Part shown: positions 12,381 through 21,300 of the stretch, in pieces
How positions within the stretch are numbered: the stretch's first letter is position 1
How the letters are laid out: each line of letters begins with the position of its first letter
Origin: Hemiscyllium ocellatum
Taxonomy: Eukaryota
DNA length: 64,000 bases
NCBI RefSeq assembly: GCF_020745735.1
Contig: NC_083404.1
Coordinates: 46,871,731 to 46,935,730, forward strand
Reading direction: 5' to 3'
Position numbers and translations under genes: made by a program
Notes under the pieces: model-generated
The model's input: only the letters and a program-made list of their open reading frames with translations
Told to the model about the DNA's origin: nothing
Databases searched by the model: none

Positions 12381-12994
12381 AGGGGAAAGCTAGATGAATA
12401 CACAAAGGGAACATGAAGAGGAGAACTGTTGATAGTGCCATGACCGTGGCTTAGAATCACAAAGTACTGTGGAAATTTTAAGTTGTAATTCCAAGATTTC
12501 TTTTTAGGAAAGGACTGACACAGTCAAAAATGGCTGTATGTAAATTAAGTGTTTGCCTGGAGGGAGAGAGACCCGTGCAATGTCATACCTACAGCTGCAA
12601 AGAGAGTTTCAAATAACAGTCCTTCAAAGGGGCAAGGAGGCAAGTCAAAACAGACTTGGATTGTGATTTCTTGTGACTACAAAGAGAATTAGGGGCTAAC
12701 AATCATCACTCAACAGAAAGCCACCCCTGCCAAATATGTCACAATTACAAGCATATTTTGTGTTTCTTGCTTGCAATAATACACAGGGACAGTGGTTAAA
12801 ATGTCAATTCAACTCTACTGGAGTGGACTAGTGTGACTGAAAGCTTTTGTTTGTATCAGCCTGCTATCAAGCATCAGTGCACTGTAAAGGTCAAAGAGCT
12901 GCCCCTAATTATCGCTGTGTTGCAGGCAGAAACCTGCCTTCATTCAAAGTGCTGCAAACCAGTTAAAAAGGAAATAGAACAACAGAAGGACCTT

Positions 12995-13457
12995 AGAGGA
13001 AATGAGGACTGCAGATGCTGGAGATCAGAGTCGAAAAGTATGGTGCTGGAAAACCACAGCTGGTCAGGCAGCATCCAAGAAGCAAGAGAATCACCGTTTT
13101 GTGCATAAGCCCTTCATCAAGAATTAGATTACTTACAGTGTGGAAACAGGCCCTTCAGCCCAACAAGTCCACACCGACCTGCCGAAGCACAACCCACCCA
13201 GACCCATTCCCTGACATTTACCCCTTCACCTAAAATTTATCATAGTCAATTCACCTAACTTGCACACTTTTGGACTGTGGGAGGAAACCCACGCAGACAC
13301 GAGGAGAATGTGCAAACTCCACACAGTCAGTCGCCTGAGGCGGGAATTGAACATGGGTCTCTGGCGCTATGAGGCAGCAGTGTTAACCACTGTGCCACCC
13401 AGAATGAAATACTTATGCCCCAAATGTCGACTCTCCTGCTCCTCGGATGCTGCCTAA
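12995..13457. mobile_element. Palindromic PLE-tail element (arms ~12995-13124 minus and 13401-13457 plus) split by a SINE
   Basis: Left arm is the reverse complement of the 47032-47160 element; right arm CTTATGCCCCAAATGTCGACTCTCCTGCTCCTCGGATGCTGCCT. Confidence 0.8.
13125..13400 (-). mobile_element. HE1-like SINE inserted at the PLE palindrome centre, TSD AGAAT
   Basis: AGAAT at 13120-13124 and 13401-13405; SINE head, core and tail as in other copies. Confidence 0.9.
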
Positions 13458-13844
13458 TGAATGCTGGAATCCATGGTTGAAAAGAATCAGATTGTCAGAG
13501 TCTCAAATAATCTGCAAAATTAAGAATCTTGGAACCAACTATCCAACTTTCAACATCATTGCTACTGCTAACCTCCACTACAATGGTCACAGAATTCCAC
13601 TATCCACTCTTCACAAAAGACTGATATTTTCTTTTTTTTAACTTTTACCTTGTTGCACTCACCTTTTATTCGTAACCTGGACATATGTAAATTGGTTAAT
13701 ATTTCTTCTCACATGCAGTCATTAAAAAATTCAAACCTTTTGTTAATTCAAGAAAACCTGATTAAATTGGCTCCTTATTCTGGGAGAAAGGTATCAAAAA
13801 AGTGATTCTTCCCTAAATTTACCATGTGGCAACCAACCAAGGGT

Positions 13845-14388
13845 TCATAGAGACATAGAGCTGTACAGCATGGAAACAGGCCCTTCAGTCCAATTCATCC
13901 CATTTGCCAGCACTTGGTCCATATCCTTCTAAATCCTTCCTATTCATATACCCATCCAGATGCCTTTTAAATGTTTAGTTATACCAACCTCCACCACTTC
14001 CTCTGGCAGCTCATTCCATACACACACCATTCTGTCTGCATGAAAAAGTTGCCCCTTAGGTTCCTTTTAAATCTTTCCGCTCTCATCTTAAACCTATACC
14101 CTCTATTTTTGGACTCCTTCAACACAGTATTTTTACCCTAACCATGCCTGCCATGATTTTATAAACCTTTATAAGGTCACCCCTCAGCCTCCGAAGCTTC
14201 AAGGAAAACAACCCCAGCCTGTTCAGCCTCTCCCTGTAGCTCAAATCCTCCAACCCTGGCAACATCCTTGTAAATCTTTTCTGAACCTTTTCAAGTTTCA
14301 CAACATCCTTCCTGTAGGAGGGAGACCAGAATTGCAAGCAATATTCCAAAAGTGGCCTAACCAATATCCTGTACAGCCGCAACATGAT
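13845..14388 (-). mobile_element. CR1 LINE 3' fragment
   Basis: RPLLEYCLQFWSPSYRKD...LRGDLIKVYKIM in ORF 14119..14595(-). Confidence 0.92.
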
Positions 14389-14389
14389 A

Positions 14390-15885
14390 TCTTTTACGGT
14401 TGCAGGGAAGATATCAGGGATTTGGGAGGGGGGGGTAGAGTGGCACGATCCAAGAATAGGCAAAAGGGAACGGTCCTTGCGGAAGGCAGAGGGGTGGGAG
14501 GAGAAGATGTTCTTGGTGGTGGGGTCTAAATTGGACTGTATCAGTGCTGCATCCTTACCCAACCAGAACTGGAGAAGTTCATCAACTTCACCCACAACCT
14601 CTACCCTGCCCTTAAACTCATGTGGTCCATCTCAGACACCTTCCTCCCTTTTCTTTAGCTCATTGTTTCCATCGTTGGCAACATTCTTATAGGCGGATGT
14701 TTGTTATAAACTCACAGGCTGCCATAATCACCTGGATTATACCTCTTCCCATCCTGAATCCTGCAAGAACTCCATGTCATTCTCCCAAATCCTCCACCTT
14801 CGCCACACCCACTCAGACAAGGACACATTCCCAAGCATCCCAGATGTCCACCTATTTCAAACAAGTTGCTTTTCCCTCCCTCGGTCATTCAGATAGCCCT
14901 CCACTGTACCTCCTCCATTCTCTGCTCCACTGCTATAAACCCCACACCCGCCAAACGTAGTAAAGACAGGGTTGCCCTTGTCCTCACTCACCAGTCTCTG
15001 CAGCCAATGCATCATCCTTAAACACTTCTGCCAGCTCCAGTTAGACCCCACCACCAAGAATATCTTCCCCTCCCCACCGTTCTCTGCCTTCTGCAAGGAC
15101 CATGCCCTTCGATAGTCCTTAGTTTGTACCACTCCCTCCCATTCTCCCTCCCACCGCGTCCCCCACCACCCCCAACTAACCCCAACCCCAGGTACCTTCC
15201 CCTGCAACCAGAAAGATGCAAAACCTGCCTGTATACCACCCCTCTCACCTCCACCCAGGGCCCCAAACAGTCTTTCCCGGTGAGATGGAGGTTCACCTGC
15301 CTCTCTTCCAACCAAGTTGACCGTATCTGGTGTTCCCAATGTGGTCTTCTCAACATCAGTGAGACCAAACATAAACTCAGAACATGTTTCACCGAGCATC
15401 TCAGCCAGGCCCACAGGAGCTGACTGGACTTCCCAGTCACCCCCATTTTAATTCCCTTCCCACTCCCTTTCTGATATGAACATCCTGAGCCTCCTCCGTT
15501 GCCACAATGAACTAAACCGCAAATTGGAAGAACGTCACCTTCCGCCTGGGCAGCCTACAGCCTGGAAGATTCAATATTGAGTTCTCTAATTTCAAATAAC
15601 TTCCCTTCCCATCCCCTGACTCCCTTTCCAGCCCCTCCTCCTCCCTTCCATTTCACCTAATTTCAATCCTTCCATTATTCCTCCCATCGACCAACCAGAC
15701 TGGACCCTCTACCTGTGTTCACCTATCACTACCTCACCACTGCACCCCTCTCCCCACTCAAAAGCCTCCCCCACCTCCGCTTTATCCACAGCTCCCCTTA
15801 AACCCACCCGCAGTCCTGAAGAAGGATTACACCCAAAACGTTGACTTCTCCATCTCCTTATGCTGCCTGGCTTGCTGTTTTCACT
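14390..15885 (+). mobile_element. Older Penelope-like element (RT end, GIY-YIG, tail with hammerhead) with an inverted 5' piece at 14390-14534
   Basis: RCKTC...FTCLSSNQV...CSQCGLLNISETKHKLRTCFTEH (ORF 15124..15423); colinear with 16580-17930; hammerhead-like motif at 15812-15846. Confidence 0.88.
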
Positions 15886-15936
15886 CTTGAGTTTCTCTTT
15901 TCCTCTTAATGTACTTGTAGAATTTCTTTGGATTAG

Positions 15937-17708
15937 CTTGACCATGACCCCACCTCCCACCACCAAACCATCATCTCCCAGACCATCCATAACCTCATCA
16001 CCTCAGGGGATCTCCCATCCACCGCCTCCGACCTCATAGTCCCACAACCCCGCACCGCCCGTTTCTACCTCCTGCCCAAAATCCACAAACCTGACTGCCC
16101 CGGCCAACCCATTGTCTCAGCCTGCTCCTGCCCCACCGAACTCATCTCCGCATACCTCGACACGGTTCTGTCCCCTTTAGTCCAAGAACTCCCCACCTAC
16201 GTTCGGGACACCACCCATGCCCTCCACCTCCTCCAGGATTTTCGCTTCCCCAGTCCCCAACGCGTTATCTTCACGATGGACATCCAGTCCCTGTATACCT
16301 CCATTCCCCATCACGGAGGACTCAAAGCCCTCCGCTTCTTCCTTTCCTGCCGCACCAACCAGTACCCTTCCACTGACACCCTCCTTCGACTGACTGAACT
16401 GGTCCTCACCCTGAATAACTTCTCTTTTCAATCCTCCCACTCCCTCCAAACTAAAGGAGTTGCCATGGGCACCTGCATGGGCCCCAGCTATGCCTGTCTC
16501 TTCGTGGGATATGTGGAACAGTCCATCTTCCGCAACTACACTGGCACCACCCCCCACCTTTTCCTCTGCTACATCGATGACTGTATCGGCGCTGCCTCGT
16601 GCTCCCACGAGGAGGTTGAACAGTTCATCAACTTTACCAACACCTTCCATCCCGACCTCAAATTCACCTGGACTGTCTCAGACTCCTCCCTCCCCTTCCT
16701 AGACCTTTCCATTTCTATCTCGGGTGACCGACTCAACACAGACATCTACTATAAACCGACTGACTCCCACAGCTACCTGGACTACACCTACTCCCACCCT
16801 GCCCCTGTAAAAACGCCATCCCATATTCCCAATTCCTTCGTCTCCGCCGCATCTGCTCCCAGGAGGACCAGTTCCAATACCATACAGCCCAGATGGCCTC
16901 TTTCTTCAAGGACCGCAGATTCCCCCCAGACGTGATCGACGATGCCCTCCACCGCATCTCCTCCACTTCCCACTCCTCCGCCCTTGAGCCCCGCTCCTCC
17001 AACCGCCACCAAGACAGAACCCCACTGGTTCTCACCTACCACCCCACCAACTTCCGTATACAGCGTATCATCCACCGTCATTTCCGCCACCTCCAAACGG
17101 ACCCCACCACCAGGGATATATTTCCCTCCCCTCCCCTATCAGCGTTCCGCAAGGACCACTCCCTTCGTGACTCCCTCGTCAGGTCCACACCCCCCACCAA
17201 CCCAACCTCCACTCCCGGCACCTTCCCCTGCAACCGCAGGAAATGTAAAACTTGCGCTCACACCTCCTCCCTTACTTCTCTCCAGGGCCCCAGGGGATCC
17301 TTCCATATCCGCCACAAATTCACCTGCACCTCCACACACATCATCTATTGCATCTGCTGCACCCGATGTGGCCTCCTCTATATTGGGGAGTCGGGCCGCC
17401 TACTTGCGGAATGCTTCAGGGAACACCTCTGGGACGCCCGGACCAACCAACCCAACCACCCCGTGGCTCAACACTTTAACTCTCCCTCCCACTCCACCGA
17501 GGACATGCAGGTCCTTGGACTCCTCCATCGGCAGAACATAACAACACGATGGTTGGAGGAAGAGCGCCTCATCTTCCGCCTGGGAACCCTCCAACCACAA
17601 GGAATGAACTCAGATTTCTCCAGTTTCCTCATTTCCCCTCCCCCCACCTTGTCTCAGTCGGTTCCCTCAACTCAGCACCGCCCTCCTAACCTGCAATCTT
17701 CTTCCTAA
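15937..17708 (+). pseudogene. Penelope RT-GIY-YIG polyprotein, 5'-truncated, one 1-nt deletion at ~16802-16805
   Basis: Frame is open from 15937 (LDHDPT...) into ORF 16276..16935; adding one C in GCCCCTGT restores HPAPCKNAIPYSQFLRLRRICS and joins ORF 16893..17708. Confidence 0.88.
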
Positions 17709-17840
17709 CCTCTCCGCCCCCACCCCACTCCAGCCTATCACCCTCACCTTGACCTCCTTCCACCTATCCCACCTCCATCGCCCCTCCCCCAAGTCCCTCC
17801 TCCCTACCTTTTATCTTAGCCTGCCTGGCACACTCTCCTC

Positions 17841-17876
17841 ATTCCTGATGAAGGGCTCTGGCCCGAAACGTCGAAT
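17841..17876 (+). ncRNA. Minimal type-I hammerhead ribozyme motif in the PLE 3' repeat
   Basis: AUUC-CUGAUGA-A-GGGC-UCUG-GCCC-GAAA-CG-UC|GAAU: stem I AUUC/GAAU, stem II GGGC/GCCC, palindromic ACGU in place of stem III, predicted cut after C17872. Confidence 0.8.
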
Positions 17877-19439
17877 TTCCTGTTCCTTGGATGCTGCCTA
17901 ACCTGCTGTGCTTTAACCAGCAACACATTTTCAGCCCTAAACTTATCTGCCAAGGCTACATCATACCTTTTCTTCACCCTTCTGATTTCCCTCTTAAGGA
18001 TGCCTGTACACTCTTTACATTCCTCAGGAGATTCATTCAATCCCAGTTATCTATATCTAATATATGATTCTTTAATATTCTTGACTAGAACCTCAACATT
18101 TTTATTTATCCATTGTTCCCTACTCTTACCAGTTTGCCTTTCATTCTAACGGGAACATAATGCCTCTGAACTCTTATAATTAAACTTTTGAAAGCCTCTC
18201 ACTTGTCAGTCGTCACTTTACCTGCAAACAGTCTACTTCAATGTTTGAATGTTTGTGTCTCATACCATTAAAGTTTGCATTACTCCAGTTAAGAATTTAA
18301 CTTCTCCGTAACTATTTTAAAACTAATACAATTATGATCAATAGTTCCAAAGTGTTCCCTTCCCCTACAAGCACTTCAGTCATTTGTCCTGCCTTATTTC
18401 CCAACAGAAGGTCAACTTCTGCTCCTTATTTAGTAGGTAAATTTACATATTGATAAAGAATATTTTCTAGAAAACATTTAACAAATTCTTTACCATCCAA
18501 GCTTTAATACTATGGCAGTCCCAGTCAATGTTTAGAAAATTAAAATCCCCTACTATTACAACTCTATTATTCTTACATATATACATGATCTCTCGAAAGA
18601 TTTACTCCTCAATTTCCTTTCTTATTTCTAATTTCTACATATATAGTTTCACTGCACAATCCCTTAGAAAATTCCTCTCTAATTACAGCAGTGACGTTTT
18701 CCTTAATCAAAAACACCATTCCCCCTCCTCTTTTGCCTTCTTTTCTATCCTTCCTAAAGCATTTAAAACCTTAAGCATTGAGCTCCCAGTCCTGTTCTTC
18801 CCTTAACCAAGTTTATGTAATAGCTCTGATATCCCAGTCCAACATTCCCACACATGATCTAGGTTCATCAGCCTTATCTGTAAGATCCCTTGTATTGAAA
18901 TTAATGCATTTTAATTCAACAGAATGTTTTCATTCTCTGACTTGCTCGTGTCTGCTGTTTATAATTAACTTGTTCTTTTCTGATTCAGAACCATCCTCAT
19001 CTGTCTTTCTATTTTTACTGCTACTTAGGAACACCCCCAACTAGTTTAAATGCTCCCGAAATAGAACTCTCTACCAGGATGTTGTTCCCTTTCCAGTTCA
19101 GTTGAAATCCGCCCATTTTTGAACAGGTCTTTTCTGCCTCAGAAGAGATCCCAATGATCCAAAATCCTGAATTCCTGCCCAAATGCAGCAAGACCTGGAC
19201 AATATCCATTTTGAGGCTGACAAGCATTCAGTGCATTAAGTCTGCTCTGACAGTCAATAAAATCATGACTTGATCGAACAATCCTCAGCCTACTTGTCTG
19301 TCTTTTCCACATAACCCTCCCAGGGCTGCCAGCAGTGCACAAGACCAGCACTCCATCGCTTCAGCAAATGGTCCTCAATCCTGATACCCCCATCCGCACA
19401 AGGAGATAGAGCTGTTGCTTTGTTATACCTCAAAATTAT

Positions 19440-19757
19440 GGGAAGGCGCTAGCCCACCGGTATTATCACTGGATTGTTAATTCTGAGATCCAGGTAATGT
19501 TCCGGGGACCTGGGAAATGGAGGAATTTGAATTCAGTACAAATTTGGGATTAAGAGGCTAATAATGAGAATGAAACCATTGTCAGAAAAACAAATATGGT
19601 TCACTAATGTCCTTTCTCTTGCTTTAGGGAAAGAAACTGCCATCTTTACCTGGTCTGCACTACTTGTGACTCCACAACAAAATGGTTAACTTTTAACTGC
19701 GCATTTGAGATATGCAATAAATGGTGGCCTAGGTCTCATCCTATGAATGAATAAAAA
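19440..19757 (+). mobile_element. Old SINE with CR1/L2-type tail (homolog at ~61610-61860)
   Basis: GGTTCACTAATGTCCTTT...GGGAAAGAAACTGCCATCTTTACCTGGTCTG core; tail GCAATAAATGGTGGCCTAG...ATGAATGAATAAAAAAA. Confidence 0.6.
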
Positions 19758-19935
19758 AATTACAATTCCAGATAGGTTTCACTGTTAGGGAATATTAGGG
19801 ACTTGCTTCAAATCAGGATCATTTGGAAATTTCATGAGTTGGATTGAAGTGAGAAACTTGAATGCAATTTTCCTAAGCCACTTTTCTACCTTTTGCTCCA
19901 TTACAGTTGAAGACTCCTTGTTAGAATAAAGAATC

Positions 19936-20204
19936 TTTTTAAAAAAGCGCTTAGCAGACCCGGAAGCTAGTGTCGCGCTAGGTTACCTGGGTAGGGTTTT
20001 TTCCTTATTTAAACGCACAGGCGAGTCGTAGGCCTCAGTCTCTCGGTGGACCACGTGACGGCTGTTTGGTAAGTTCCAGTAGTGTCGTTTGTTTAACAGT
20101 TAAAAATTTAAAGTTTTTTTTTAAAAAAGCGCTTAGCAGACCCGGAAGCTAGTGTCGCGCTAGGTTACCTGGGTAGGGTTTTTTCCTTATTTAAACGCAC
20201 AGGC
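19936..20204 (+). promoter_or_regulatory. CR1 5'UTR with an identical 87-bp direct repeat (19936-20022 = 20118-20204); putative internal promoter
   Basis: Exact repeat at 182-bp offset; each copy has ETS-like CCGGAAG; spacer has E-box CACGTG (20052-20057). Confidence 0.6.
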
Positions 20205-20366
20205 AAGTAACCCGAGGCACTACACGAGTAGTGCCTCCCACCCGTCCTCCTCCTCTAACCTAATAATAAGACCAGTTGTGACTAGCAGGTAAGTGCTGCA
20301 TTTTGCTTGTTTGTTTCTTTAGATTTAGTTGTTTTTTTTAAAAAAGAAAGCTTACTTTTTAGAGGG

Positions 20367-21300
20367 ATGGCAGTGCAGACAGTGCAATGTTCCTCTTGCA
20401 ACATGTATGAGGTGAGGGAAGCCATTAGCGTCCCTGCTGATTACACTTGCAAGAAGTGCACCCATCTCCAGCTCCTCCAAGCCCGTGTTAGGGAACTGGA
20501 GCTGGAGTTGGATGAACTGCGGATCATTCGGGAGGCAGAGGAGGTCATAGATCGGAGCTTTAGGGAAGTAGTTACTCTGAAAGTTATAGACAGATGGATG
20601 ACAGTGAGGGGGAGTGGGAGGAAGCAGCCAGTGCAGGGACCCCCTGCGGTCATTCCCCTCAAGAACAAGTATACCGTTTTGGATACTTGTGGGGGGGGAT
20701 GACTTACCAGGGGCAAGCAACGAGGTTCAGGCCTCTGGCACGGAGCCTGGCCCCGTTGCTCAGAAGGGAAGGGTGGAGAAAGGTAGAGCGATAGTTCTTG
20801 GGGACTCAATAGTGAGGGGTACAGATAGGCGGTTTTGTGGGGACGACAGAGACTCACAATTGGTATGTTGCCTCCCAGGTGCAAGGGTACGTGATGTCTC
20901 TGATCGTGTTTTCCGGGTCCTTAAGGGGGAGGGGGAGGGGGAGCAGCCCCAGATCGTGGTCCACGTTGGCACCAACGATACAGGTAGGAAGAAGGGTGAG
21001 GATGTCAGGCAGGCTTTCAGGGAGCTAGGTTGGAAGCTGAGAGTTAGAACAAACAGAGTTGTTGTCTCTGGTTTGTTACCCGTGCCACGTGATAGAGAGT
21101 CGAGGAACAGGGAGAGAGAGCAGTTAAATGCGTGGCTACAGGGATGGTGCAAGGGGGAGGGATTCCGGTTTCTGGACAACTGGGGTTCTTTCTGGGGAAG
21201 GTGGGACCTCTATAAAAAGGATGGTCTACACCTGAACCTGAGGGGCACCAGTATCCTTGGGGGGAGGTTTGCTAGTGCTCTTTGGGAGGGTTTAAACTAA
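20367..21300 (+). CDS. CR1 ORF1p: C4 zinc finger/leucine zipper + SGNH esterase, split by one extra G in G8 run (20691-20698)
   Basis: MAVQTVQCSSC...CKKC...VRELELELDEL, then GDSIVR, VHVGTND and DGLHLN in the +1 frame; removing one G gives a ~310-aa ORF. Confidence 0.85.

Larger units (their letters stand above)
15937..17937 (+). mobile_element. Young 5'-truncated Penelope-like element (RT + GIY-YIG + hammerhead tail)
   Basis: CpG-rich; FYLLPKIHK, MDIQSLYTSI, GVAMG, YIDD, IYYKPTD, CNRRKCKTC, IYCICC...YIGE, HFN, GMN motifs. Confidence 0.96.
15887..19210 (-). mobile_element. Old CR1 relic (end of ORF1 esterase, APE, start of ORF2 body) interrupted by the young Penelope
   Basis: GFQLNWKGNNIL (19021..19227-) matches ORF1 GLHLNLRGTSIL; LKREIRRVKKRYDVALADK (17816..18040-) matches ORF2; host resumes at 15887-15936. 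Confidence 0.8.

Noticed and set aside
14119-14595. Apparent Penelope-CR1 fusion ORF
   Set aside because: Chance in-frame junction of adjacent decayed insertions
16177-17600. Many long overlapping or antisense ORFs over the Penelope and CR1 elements
   Set aside because: Explained by C-rich/G-rich strand bias and shadowing of the real RT frame; no independent motifs
20691-20698. Programmed frameshift between the two ORF1 halves
   Set aside because: A single-base homopolymer indel or sequencing error is simpler; no standard slippery heptamer or stimulatory structure seen
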